Source: Candidatus Latescibacterota bacterium
GTDB lineage: Bacteria; Latescibacterota; UBA2968
Length of the DNA stretch: 64,000 bases
NCBI GenBank assembly: GCA_965207885.1
Contig: OZ242311.1
Coordinates: forward strand, 3,104,001-3,168,000
Reading direction: 5' to 3'
The notes under the pieces are model-generated. The model worked only from the letters and a program-made list of their open reading frames with translations. It made no database searches and was not told the origin of the DNA. Positions 54,721 to 64,000 of the stretch are shown piece after piece. The position numbers and the translations under genes were made by a program. Position 1 is the stretch's first letter, and each line of letters opens with the position of its first letter.

Positions 54721-57580
54721 CGCCCTTATCCAGGGCGTCTGCTAATACCTCAGCGGGATGACGGGCAGTGCGACCTGTAGCGTGTGCAATCTGCTGCCTG
54801 CACGACAACCCTGCTGCGGCAATTTCAGTTGTGTTATCTGCGTCGCGAACCACCTGAAGCAGCCGCGACTCGCCCACTTTGAGCGACACGTCGTAGTGCT
54901 CGGCTTCATAGCCAAAAGAACCCGCCATGCCGCAACAACCCGACTGAATGGGCGTCACGGAAAAGCCCTCGGGCATTCCCAACGCAACCTCAGACGGCCC
55001 TATTCCCCACAGAGCCTTCTGGTGGCAGTGGCCGTGGAGCAAGATGTCTTTTTTCAGATCGGTAAATGGCACGGAAAATTCGCCCCGTTCGGAAAACGTC
55101 TGCACAAATGCTTCGAAAGTATAAATATTGTCGGCTACGGCACGCACGCGCGGATCGTCAATTAAATCGCCGTATTCATCCGTGAACATCGAAACACACG
55201 ACGGTTCAAATCCCACAATGGGATACCCCTGCTCGGTATATTGATAGAGATTTTCAATATTAAACAGGGCGTTTTCTTTTACGCGGTCGATATAGCCGCT
55301 CGAAAGCATCGGCCGGCCACAACATCGCTTTACAGCCAAAATCACCTCATAACCCGCTGCTTCAAACAAGGCCGTGGCTGCCTTGCCAATTTCGGGATAG
55401 TTGTAGATCATATACGTATCGGCAAAAAACACAACGCGTTTATTTTTTGAAGGCGCATTGCGACTGGCGAACCAGTGTGTAAATGTCTGACGAGCAAATG
55501 GCGGCAGTGACCGCGCAGGCGCGATCCCGAGGCGTTTCATCATCCACTTTGAAATACCCGTCCTGGACAGACGATTGGCAAGGGGTGCGACGAGACATCC
55601 GAGTTTGCCCATCAATTCCACATTGCCAAATAAAAGAGACCGCAATGGTCGCCCGTGTTTGGCGTAATAATGCGCCTTAAATTCATACTTAATTTTTGCC
55701 ATATCCACATTGGATGGGCACTCGGCTTTGCATGCCTTACATTCCAGACAAAGCGCGAGCACATCGTTGATGCGATGATCCGTAAGCCCGCCTTCCCACC
55801 GTCCCGAAATCGCCGCTCGAAGCGCGTTTGCCCGCCCTCGCGTCGAATGTTCTTCTTCCAGCGTTGCCATATAAGACGGACACATCGTGCCCACCAGCTT
55901 TTTGCGACACTCGCCCACCCCATTGCACATTTCAATGGCGCGGTGAAATCCCCCATCGGCAGAAAAATCGAAGTGGGTATTTATCTCGTGCGTGCGATAA
56001 TCTGCTCCATAACGCAAATTTTCGGTCATCATCGGCGCATCGACAATTTTGCCGGGATTCATCAGCCCTTTGGGATCAAAAGCGCGTTTGACCTCCCGAA
56101 AAGCCTCGTAAAGTGTTGTGCCAAAGAACGTTTCGTTCCAACAACTCCGAACCAGGCCATCGCCGTGTTCTCCGCTTACGGCACCGCCGTATTTCATCAC
56201 CAGATCGCGTACAGATTCAGCGATAAATCGCATTTTGGCGATCTCGTCGGCCTCTTTGAGATTGACCATTGGCCGGACGTGCAGCAAGCCCACGCTGGCG
56301 TGTGCATAATAACCCGCACGCGTGTTGAGAGATTTCACCAGCGCTCCAAACTCGGAAATATAATCGGGTAGCCTTTCCGGTGGAACCGCGGCGTCTTCGA
56401 CAAAAGCAATGGGTTTGGAATCGCCTTTTACGCCCATGAGCAGACCCAGCCCTGCCTTGCGCACATTCCAAACATTGGCCTGTTCGGCATCGGAAACAGC
56501 ACGAGAAAAAGTACATTCAAGATTCTGATTGCCCAACAGCGCTTCGAGTTCGTCCAGCTTAGGAACCAACTCACCTTCTGAATCACCGTAGTATTCAACA
56601 GCCAGAACAGCCTCTGGGTCCCCCTGCACCCAGGAACGCATCCTGGACAATTCCATAGACCCTCTGGTCTGATCGAGAATCATCTTATCGATCAACTCTA
56701 CTGCGGCAGGAGCCGTTTCTAAGATCGGCGCAACAGCCTTCATAGACGCAATCAGGTCGTTAAATTGGACAATGCCCAGCACCTTTGCCTGTGGCAGTGG
56801 AATTACCTTGAGCTTTGCCCCGACAACGGTCGCCAGAGTCCCCTCAGACCCAATGACCATGCGCGCGAGATTAAACGGTTGTTTTTTGATAAATTCATCG
56901 AGATTATATCCGCCGACCCGCCGCAAAATTTTGGGATATCGCCGCTCAATTTCTTCCGCATTCTCCCGAGCTATGCGGATTACCTCCCTATACGCCTGGC
57001 CTTCGAGGTCTTGTCGCTCGCATTTTTGTTGCACAGCAGACTCGTCTAACTCCCCCACCGTTATTTCTGTACCATCGGACAAGATTAAATCGAGTTCTAA
57101 TACGTGATCTATAGTCTTGCCGTAAATAACCGAATGCGCGCCCGCAGAATTATTGGCCACCATGCCCCCGATTGTCGCGCGGCTGCTGGTCGCCACATCG
57201 GGCGCAAATTGCAATCCGTGTGGTTTGAGAAAGGCATTGAGTTCATCGAGTATCACGCCAGGCTCAACCCTGATCCAACCTTCTTCGGCATTGAAGTCGA
57301 GAATGCGATTCATGTATTTCGACATATCCATCACAATACCGCTACCCACCACGCCGCCGGCAAGCCCGGTGCCACCGCCTCTGGGGATGAGCGGCGCATC
57401 GTGTTCATTGGCGAGGTTGATGACATGCAAAACATCCTGTTTGTGTTTGGGCAAAACAACGCCAAAGGGTTCAATTTGATACATGCTTGCATCAGTGCTG
57501 TAAAGAATGCGCGACATCTTATCAAAACGGACTTCGCCCTCAATTTTTTGCATCAACATTCCCGCGAGGTTCATCGTCAA
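54713..57580 (-). CDS. FAD-binding and Fe-S/CCG-domain oxidoreductase (YdiJ/GlcD-GlcF fusion type)
   Basis: RGGGT, GSEGTL, SGEHGDG, CNGVGEC, CLECKAC...CP and CCG motifs. Confidence 0.92.
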   Translation of the reverse strand: MTMNLAGMLMQKIEGEVRFDKMSRILYSTDASMYQIEPFGVVLPKHKQDVLHVINLANEHDAPLIPRGGGTGLAGGVVGSGIVMDMSKYMNRILDFNAEEGWIRVEPGVILDELNAFLKPHGLQFAPDVATSSRATIGGMVANNSAGAHSVIYGKTIDHVLELDLILSDGTEITVGELDESAVQQKCERQDLEGQAYREVIRIARENAEEIERRYPKILRRVGGYNLDEFIKKQPFNLARMVIGSEGTLATVVGAKLKVIPLPQAKVLGIVQFNDLIASMKAVAPILETAPAAVELIDKMILDQTRGSMELSRMRSWVQGDPEAVLAVEYYGDSEGELVPKLDELEALLGNQNLECTFSRAVSDAEQANVWNVRKAGLGLLMGVKGDSKPIAFVEDAAVPPERLPDYISEFGALVKSLNTRAGYYAHASVGLLHVRPMVNLKEADEIAKMRFIAESVRDLVMKYGGAVSGEHGDGLVRSCWNETFFGTTLYEAFREVKRAFDPKGLMNPGKIVDAPMMTENLRYGADYRTHEINTHFDFSADGGFHRAIEMCNGVGECRKKLVGTMCPSYMATLEEEHSTRGRANALRAAISGRWEGGLTDHRINDVLALCLECKACKAECPSNVDMAKIKYEFKAHYYAKHGRPLRSLLFGNVELMGKLGCLVAPLANRLSRTGISKWMMKRLGIAPARSLPPFARQTFTHWFASRNAPSKNKRVVFFADTYMIYNYPEIGKAATALFEAAGYEVILAVKRCCGRPMLSSGYIDRVKENALFNIENLYQYTEQGYPIVGFEPSCVSMFTDEYGDLIDDPRVRAVADNIYTFEAFVQTFSERGEFSVPFTDLKKDILLHGHCHQKALWGIGPSEVALGMPEGFSVTPIQSGCCGMAGSFGYEAEHYDVSLKVGESRLLQVVRDADNTTEIAAAGLSCRQQIAHATGRTARHPAEVLADALDKGDG

Positions 57581-57710
57581 TAATCCTCTCTTGATAACTT
57601 GACAATCAATCTATAAATCGTACCTTGAATTGGATTGCAAATTAAATATACATCCCGCCTGACTACGGGTCAAGGCGCGTTGTCTCCACTGTCCAACTAA
57701 GGAGCTTTAC

Positions 57711-58943
57711 ATGTCAGAAACACTCGCAATAGATGGTGGTGTTCCCGTGCGCGATACCGAAGCGTCGCAGTGGCCGACATGGCCGGATAACACAGAACGA
57801 GAATGGGAAGAAGAAATCGTTCCCATCCTCAAAGAAGTCTATCTCGATCAAACCGAAGGTCTTCCCGCACCTGTGGGACACCGCTTTGGTCAGGCATTTG
57901 CCGCCTATTGCGATGCGGCTTATGGCGTGATGATGCCCAGCGGAACCACATCTATTGCGGCTGGATTATCCGCCGCACTCGACCTCGATGGCCTCGTCGA
58001 TGGCGGCGAAGTCATCATTCCCAATTACACTTTTATTGCGACTGCAAGTGCGCCCCTCTCTGTGCGGTGCTCTCTGGCTCTGGTCGATATTGATCCGGTG
58101 AGTTTTACCATGTCGCCAGAAGCTGTCGAAGCTGCCATCACAGATCAGACCGTTGCGCTCCTTCCCGTTCACCTGGGGGGACACCCGGCCGATATGGATG
58201 CACTCAATGATATTGCGGATAAGTACAACCTCAAAGTCATCGAAGACTGCGCTCAAGCGCACGGCGCCGAGCACAAAGGCCGCAAAGTGGGATCTCTGGG
58301 CCATGTGGGCGCATTCAGCTTTCAGTCGAGCAAAAACTTGACCTCGGGCGAAGGTGGGTGTCTTCTGACCAATGATCGAGACCTCAGAGATCGGGCATGG
58401 GCATTCCGAGATGTAGGGCGGCGACCTGGAGGTGAGCGATGGGAATATCCCCGCCTGGGCTGGAATTATCGCACCTCTGAGTATCTGGCAGGTATCCTGT
58501 TAAAGCGACTGTCCAAACTCGAACCTCAAATCGATTTGCGCAATAAAAATGCAGCTTATCTCAGCAAGGGCCTGGACGAAATTGGCGGACTGGAACCACC
58601 TCGATGGCATCCCTGGGTCACGCAGCACGGCTATCACCTGTATATGATGCGCTACAACAGCGAGGCATTTGGAGGGAAATCACGCGATGAATTTATCGCG
58701 GCCTTACAGGCCGAAGGTATTCCCTGCACACCTGGCTATCAGCGGCCCTTAACCGATGAAGGCGGTCTCAAAACCGTGATGGATCGACATCCACACCTGA
58801 TTCGCCGTTTGCCGTGTCCTCATGTGGAAGCAATATGCGCCTCCAGTGTCTGGTTCTTGCAAAACATGCTGCTGGGCGAACGGGAAGACATGGACGATAT
58901 TTTAATAGCTGTCGCCAAAATCAAACGCGCGTTTGCTGCTTGA
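57711..58943 (+). CDS. DegT/DnrJ/EryC1/StrS PLP-dependent aminotransferase
   Basis: TFIATA, PVHLGG, EDCAQAHG and SFQSSKNL.SGEGG motifs. Confidence 0.95.
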   Translation: MSETLAIDGGVPVRDTEASQWPTWPDNTEREWEEEIVPILKEVYLDQTEGLPAPVGHRFGQAFAAYCDAAYGVMMPSGTTSIAAGLSAALDLDGLVDGGEVIIPNYTFIATASAPLSVRCSLALVDIDPVSFTMSPEAVEAAITDQTVALLPVHLGGHPADMDALNDIADKYNLKVIEDCAQAHGAEHKGRKVGSLGHVGAFSFQSSKNLTSGEGGCLLTNDRDLRDRAWAFRDVGRRPGGERWEYPRLGWNYRTSEYLAGILLKRLSKLEPQIDLRNKNAAYLSKGLDEIGGLEPPRWHPWVTQHGYHLYMMRYNSEAFGGKSRDEFIAALQAEGIPCTPGYQRPLTDEGGLKTVMDRHPHLIRRLPCPHVEAICASSVWFLQNMLLGEREDMDDILIAVAKIKRAFAA

Positions 58944-58955
58944 GAGGCTTATGAC

Positions 58956-61241
58956 ATGGCAATCGCCAAACGCCTCCTATTCATCCCCATCATTCTTCTC
59001 GCCATTGCTGCGGGTTATTGGTGGGGTGTTTATTCTTCAAAAAATCCCTCCGCCCCCACCCCCACGCAAAATCGCCTCAGCCGAGAACTCAGTCCCTATT
59101 TGCGCCTTCACGCCCACAATCCCGTTGACTGGTATCCCTGGGGTGAAGAAGCGCTCGCAAAAGCGCGCCAGGAGGACAAACCGATCTTTCTATCCGTGGG
59201 ATATTCGAGTTGCTATTGGTGCCATGTGATGGAACGGCTGGTCTTTTCTGATCCGGATATTGCCCACTTGATGAATCAGTTTTTTGTCAACATCAAGGTT
59301 GACCGCGAAGAACGTCCCGACATCGACGACATTTACATGACGGCTACCCAGCTCATGACCGGGCACGGCGGATGGCCCAACTCTGTTTTTCTCACGCCAG
59401 ACCTCAAACCCTTTTTTGCCGGTACGTACTTTCCCCCCGAAGATTCACATGGACGACCCGGCTTTCCGCGCGTGATTCAAGCACTGCATGTTGCCTGGCA
59501 GGAAAAGAGAGAGGAACTCGAAAAGCAGGCCGATCAGATATCGCAATCCATCGCGCGCATTCACGCAACACGCGCCGTTTCAGAGAAAGTGGAAGGAGAC
59601 CTGATTGGCAAGGCAATTGACCATATAGAAAATCGCTTTGATCCCGTCAACGGCGGTTTGGGCACAGCCCCAAAATTTCCACCCGATCACGCGCTCAACC
59701 TGTTGTTGACGGCCTATCGACAAGATTCCCAGGCAAAATATCTCGCTATGGTCGAGCAAACACTGCATCACATGGCCTTGGGCGGCATCCGCGATCACCT
59801 CGGAGGTGGTTTTCATCGCTATGCGACAGATGCACAATGGCGCGTGCCGCACTTTGAAAAAATGCTCTACAACCAGACCCTCCTTACCCACAACTTTCTC
59901 CGTGCTTACCAGATTACCAATAAAACGGCATATCGCATTTCGGCAGAGGAAATTCTGGACTTTGTCTCACGCGAAATGACAGACTCTAAAGGTGGATTTT
60001 ACTCCGCTATTGACGCAGAAACCGAAGCAGAAGAAGGCGCGTATTATACCTGGACAGAGCAAGAGATTCGTCAAACTCTCAAGAAAGATGCCGACTTCTT
60101 TCTCTCGTGTTATGCGCTTGCGCCCATGCCCGAAGGATCGGCTGGCGTCATCTATAAAACCGATACAGACAGTGCGCTATCAATCCGCCATCAAATTGAT
60201 GTCACAACCCTGCACGCCCGCCTATCTCCACTAAAAGAAAAGCTCCTGAATGCTCGCAGCCAACGCACCCGCCCACTCCTCGACGACAAAATTATCACAG
60301 CGTGGAATGGCCTCATGATCGGCGCATATGCCCGCGCCTATGAAATCCTCGGTCATCCCGAATACTTGAAGGTCGCACAAAAAGCCGCCGATTTTATCCA
60401 CAACAATCTCCGCAATGCAAACGGCGACCTGTATCGCATCTATCGCGAAGGACAGCACAAAGGCGATGCCTATCAGGAAGATTACGCCTTTTTAATCGAC
60501 GGCCTCCTTCACCTCTATCGCGCAACGCATTCTGCCGGCTACCTCCAGGACGCTCTATCGCTTTCAGAACGAATGCACACCGCATTTTGGGATACCCTTA
60601 GTGGCGGCTTTTTTTTTACGCAGAGTCAAAATGAGATGATTGTGCGTACCAAGAGCTTTTACGACAGTGCCCTGCCTTCTGGTAATGCCGTTGCCCTGCA
60701 CGTTTTGTGGGAACTTCGGACATTGACACAGAACCCCTTGTATGCCCAACGCGCGCTCGCACTCACCAACAGCTTTGCTCCCCTCGCAGAGAATACGCCG
60801 GGCGCGCTCCTGCACTTTATTCACGGCACAATGATGGCATCCCCTCCCATCCTTGCCCCCGATAGTCTCGTCACTGCGTCCGCGACAGCCTTGCCCCCTG
60901 ATAGCGCGAATACCCTCAAAGTGAGCGTGCGCCTGAATATCGCTTCGGGCTGGCATATTCAAGCATCCAACCCCACCGACGATTATTTGATTCCCACGCG
61001 CCTCTCACTGGATACGGATATTGCCGAAATCACCCAAATCGACTATCCACAAGCCGAGGATTTACAATTCCCCTTTGCCGAGCGCGCCATTGCCGTTTAT
61101 ACAGACAGCGTCAATGTGCCCCTCACCCTATCATTCAAAACTCGACCGCAAAACCTCTCGCTATTACTCACCTATCAAGCATGCGACAGCACGCGATGCC
61201 TGTCACCACAAACACAGCGTATAGCACTAAATATAAAATAA
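58956..61241 (+). CDS. YyaL/SSP411 (DUF255) thioredoxin-domain protein with C-terminal DsbD-N-like domain
   Basis: NRL...[31 protein letters not shown] and PHFEKMLY motifs; C-terminal GWHI...[10 protein letters not shown]. Confidence 0.92.
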   Translation: MAIAKRLLFIPIILLAIAAGYWWGVYSSKNPSAPTPTQNRLSRELSPYLRLHAHNPVDWYPWGEEALAKARQEDKPIFLSVGYSSCYWCHVMERLVFSDPDIAHLMNQFFVNIKVDREERPDIDDIYMTATQLMTGHGGWPNSVFLTPDLKPFFAGTYFPPEDSHGRPGFPRVIQALHVAWQEKREELEKQADQISQSIARIHATRAVSEKVEGDLIGKAIDHIENRFDPVNGGLGTAPKFPPDHALNLLLTAYRQDSQAKYLAMVEQTLHHMALGGIRDHLGGGFHRYATDAQWRVPHFEKMLYNQTLLTHNFLRAYQITNKTAYRISAEEILDFVSREMTDSKGGFYSAIDAETEAEEGAYYTWTEQEIRQTLKKDADFFLSCYALAPMPEGSAGVIYKTDTDSALSIRHQIDVTTLHARLSPLKEKLLNARSQRTRPLLDDKIITAWNGLMIGAYARAYEILGHPEYLKVAQKAADFIHNNLRNANGDLYRIYREGQHKGDAYQEDYAFLIDGLLHLYRATHSAGYLQDALSLSERMHTAFWDTLSGGFFFTQSQNEMIVRTKSFYDSALPSGNAVALHVLWELRTLTQNPLYAQRALALTNSFAPLAENTPGALLHFIHGTMMASPPILAPDSLVTASATALPPDSANTLKVSVRLNIASGWHIQASNPTDDYLIPTRLSLDTDIAEITQIDYPQAEDLQFPFAERAIAVYTDSVNVPLTLSFKTRPQNLSLLLTYQACDSTRCLSPQTQRIALNIK

Positions 61242-61244
61242 AAA

Positions 61245-61262
61245 GGCACCTATCTCGGTGCC
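61245..61262 (-). terminator. hairpin terminator between convergent genes
   Basis: GGCACC-tatctc-GGTGCC with an A-run on the left (U-tract for the minus strand). Confidence 0.55.
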
Positions 61263-61341
61263 ATCTTGCAGCGATTGAGTTTTAGTGGTCCTTCACACTT
61301 CATCGTGAACTGGTCTGAATTGCGACCAGTTGTACACCTTC

Positions 61342-62340
61342 CTAAACAAGCTCTCCCCCACAACTGCTTCCCGCACCCGCAGTGCATCCAAAGCAGTGGT
61401 CTCGCACCCGCACATTGCATCCGATCAGATCTTCAACGGTTAGTTCCCAGAGTTTAACTTCGCGCCCAAAAGAATGCATATTGAGCATTTGATTAAAATC
61501 ACAATCGTAAACCTCGCCCTGCCATCCAATGCTAATTAGAGAGCGGCACATCAAATTATCGATCGTATGCGGATTAAAATTATCCTGTAAAGTCTGCATA
61601 TAGCTGCTGTAAATGCCCCGGCGTTTGAGAAATTCTTCAAACCGGCTAATGGGCATATTGGTAATGGTGTAAAGCTTATTAAAATCAATGTTGTAGCGGG
61701 CTTTTAGCTCTTCTTTGTAATCGGCTTCGAGTTCGACTTGCGGAGGGGGTAAAGACGCGCCGACAGGATTATAGACCAGATCGAGTTCCAAGCCCGTGCC
61801 AGGACGCCCATATCCAATTTTGTTGAGAATCTGCAATGCCCGTATGCTTTTGGTAAAAACACCGCGCCCGCGTTGTTCATCCACATTTTCTTCGAGATAA
61901 CACGGCAGCGAACACACCAATGCAACTTCGTGCTCGCGATAAAATTCAGGTAAGTCTTCTTGTCCGGGTTCAAAAATCACGGTTAAATTGCAGCGCACCA
62001 TCACGCGACGACCTTGCTCGCGTATTTGTTCGACAAAATAGCGAAAATCTGGAATCAATTCAGGTGCGCCACCCGTTATGTCAACCGTCTGAATATCGGA
62101 TGTATCGAGAAATGACAAGATGCGGTTAATGGTCTCTCGGGTCATGATCTCTGTGCGGATCGGGCTGGCATCCACATGACAGTGATGACACGCTTGATTG
62201 CACAATTTGCCGACATTGACCTGCAAAATATCCAATCGATTGCGCGTGAGTTCCAATTGTTCATCGCGAAGCTTGCTCGCAAAATCAGACTTGTAATCGT
62301 CGCCCACAATTTGCATCAAATCCATTGCTGCCAGTGCCAT
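61342..62340 (-). CDS. arsS: radical SAM protein, ArsS/DUF3641 family
   Basis: LQVNVGKLCNQACHHC, DITGGAPE, SLPCY, LVYNP, YDCDFNQ and HCFGCTAGAGSSCGG motifs. Confidence 0.85.
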   Translation of the reverse strand: MALAAMDLMQIVGDDYKSDFASKLRDEQLELTRNRLDILQVNVGKLCNQACHHCHVDASPIRTEIMTRETINRILSFLDTSDIQTVDITGGAPELIPDFRYFVEQIREQGRRVMVRCNLTVIFEPGQEDLPEFYREHEVALVCSLPCYLEENVDEQRGRGVFTKSIRALQILNKIGYGRPGTGLELDLVYNPVGASLPPPQVELEADYKEELKARYNIDFNKLYTITNMPISRFEEFLKRRGIYSSYMQTLQDNFNPHTIDNLMCRSLISIGWQGEVYDCDFNQMLNMHSFGREVKLWELTVEDLIGCNVRVRDHCFGCTAGAGSSCGGELV

Positions 62341-62342
62341 AT

Positions 62343-64000
62343 TCAATCCTCTCTAACCGCTTGCTTCACCCGATGTATGCCAGCAATTATATCTTTTTTA
62401 AAATGAATGCGAATCGCCCGTCTTTTTCGACTCGAAAGCGCACGGGCATCGCCGAGAGCCTGTGCTTGTTTGAGTACGCCAAAAGAGAACGTTCGTCCTG
62501 GAATATCCACATCTGCCGCATCATCGCTTGTCAGTTGCACAACCACCACCTGGTTCGGTCCGCCCTTGTGCAATTGCCCTGTAGAATGCAAGAACCGCGG
62601 ACCAAATCCCAATGTGGTAGCTACTCGATATACATTGCGTATCCGATGCCTCAGAGCCTGTAAAGCGGTGATATTATCTTCATTCATGTCGAGATAAGCG
62701 CACAAAACGACATAATCACTCGCCCGAATCTGATTGAGCAGTCCAGCAATACAACTATTGAGTGTTCCCAACGCCTGTGTATTGGCTTCATCGGCGTAAA
62801 CCAGGACATCCTCATCAATAAAAAACGGCGTTTGAACCGGTAATGTTCCCTCTTTTTCATAAGCCTGCGTCAATTCCGCCGTAAAATCTTTGCTTTCCTG
62901 CACATTGGGTTGGTCAAAGGGATTGATATTCAAAACCGCGCCAGCGACCGCAGTTGCGTATTCCCACTTGAAAAACTCTGCCCCCAGGTCTAACAGTTCT
63001 GCCACATCGATCTGAATAACTGGAAAATGAGCCTCTCGCAGATTTACTATATCCACATCCTGTCCAGCGTCCGTATCGTCCTTCAGTCGGATATAGACGA
63101 ACACCCGATCCTCACCGTACATATCGGGCGTAGCAACCGCCTCTAAATCAACAGGTATGAGACCCCGACCATTTTTCCCCGTGCTTTCGGCTAAAAGTTG
63201 CTCCAACCACGCCCCCAAATCCCACAATTTGGGAGAAGTTACAAGCGTCACTTTATCTCGCCCGGCTTTTGCCAACTCACCCAGCACAAGGCCCAACAAA
63301 AGACCGGGATTCTGCTCATCTGATATTTTGCACCGCTTCCCCATCGCCACTGCGCGTTCTAAAAATTCTCGCACATCAATGCCAATCAATGCTGCGGGCA
63401 CCATCCCAAAATTTGAAAGCGCTGAAAACCTGCCGCCAATCTCTGGCAAACCATAAAAAATAGATAGAAAGCCCCGTTCTCTGGCAAGCGTTTCCAGGTC
63501 AGAGCCAGGATCTGTAATGGCAATAAAGTGCTGCCCCGCCGCATCGCCAACCGTTTCCTGCATTTTTGCCCAGAAGAACTCGCAAAATACGTGGGGTTCG
63601 GTTGTCGTTCCAGATTTGCTGGCGACAACGCAAAGAGTCGTCTCTAAATTTACGGCATTGGCAAACCGCTGCACCTGCGCGGGAACTGTAGAGTCCAGTA
63701 CATGCAACCTGGGCCAACCCTCCGGGCGGCCAAAAGTCATCGCCAGCACTTCGGGGCACAGGCTGCTACCGCCCATTCCCAAAAGCAGAATATCCGTTGT
63801 CCCCCTATCGCGCACCTGCTGTGCAAAAACGCATAGGGCATCTACCTGATCGCGTATTTGAGGCGCAATATTGAGCCATCCCAGCCAGTTGGCCTCATCT
63901 GCCCCCGACCAGAGTGTGGCATCGCCGTGCCACAGCCGTGCTGTATTGCCATTTTCCGACCATGTTTTCAAAGCGCGATCAACTGCGGACTGGAACTCGC
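62343..64000 (-). CDS. pgi: glucose-6-phosphate isomerase domain, probably of a bifunctional transaldolase/PGI; 5' end outside the window
   Basis: LGMGGSSL, SKSGTT.E, IGGRFS, EQLLAESTGK, NPFDQPNV and HSTGQLHKGG motifs; frame open to the window edge. Confidence 0.9.
   Translation of the reverse strand, partial: EFQSAVDRALKTWSENGNTARLWHGDATLWSGADEANWLGWLNIAPQIRDQVDALCVFAQQVRDRGTTDILLLGMGGSSLCPEVLAMTFGRPEGWPRLHVLDSTVPAQVQRFANAVNLETTLCVVASKSGTTTEPHVFCEFFWAKMQETVGDAAGQHFIAITDPGSDLETLARERGFLSIFYGLPEIGGRFSALSNFGMVPAALIGIDVREFLERAVAMGKRCKISDEQNPGLLLGLVLGELAKAGRDKVTLVTSPKLWDLGAWLEQLLAESTGKNGRGLIPVDLEAVATPDMYGEDRVFVYIRLKDDTDAGQDVDIVNLREAHFPVIQIDVAELLDLGAEFFKWEYATAVAGAVLNINPFDQPNVQESKDFTAELTQAYEKEGTLPVQTPFFIDEDVLVYADEANTQALGTLNSCIAGLLNQIRASDYVVLCAYLDMNEDNITALQALRHRIRNVYRVATTLGFGPRFLHSTGQLHKGGPNQVVVVQLTSDDAADVDIPGRTFSFGVLKQAQALGDARALSSRKRRAIRIHFKKDIIAGIHRVKQAVRED

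Noticed and set aside
61342-61400. Selenocysteine recoding at the ArsS C-terminus
   Set aside because: The SSCGG motif is encoded with TGT (Cys), and the gene ends at TAG with no in-frame TGA.

Overview
64 kb of chromosome from a diderm bacterium. The FlgD-Ig/T9SS-like C-terminal domain, GWxTD protein, and sulfatase and PhyH genes suggest Latescibacterota/Gemmatimonadota or a related FCB-group lineage (inference). Core genes are gatC, pyrG-lptC-lptA-lptB-(MOSC)-rpoN, ruvX-mltG-pcrA, apt, acyP, tRNA-Arg(CCT), IHF/HU and tal/pgi. They are interleaved with accessory modules. (1) A hybrid ABC + two-RND export operon built around a large permease/pseudo-M1-peptidase fusion with RGG repeats. (2) A complete group IIA intron (12209-14605, minus strand) that splits a hidden 91-aa gene; exon junctions, EBS1/IBS1 and domain V can be read directly. 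The spliced product looks like a small ssDNA-binding-type protein with an acidic tail, downstream of a sigma54-promoter-preceded lamin-tail repeat gene. (3) A three-gene candidate defence cassette between pcrA and gatC: a large putative antitoxin/sensor, a PIN nuclease and a DUF262/HNH GmrSD-like protein. (4) A CYTH-CHAD-ParA polyphosphate-related module. (5) A sulfatase/PhyH/ThDP/DUF1537-kinase/aldolase catabolic cluster downstream of tRNA-Arg. (6) An intact ISAba1-like IS4 element with a 9-bp target duplication that destroyed the acyP stop codon. No CRISPR array or rRNA is visible. All product calls come from motif recognition by eye, not database searches.
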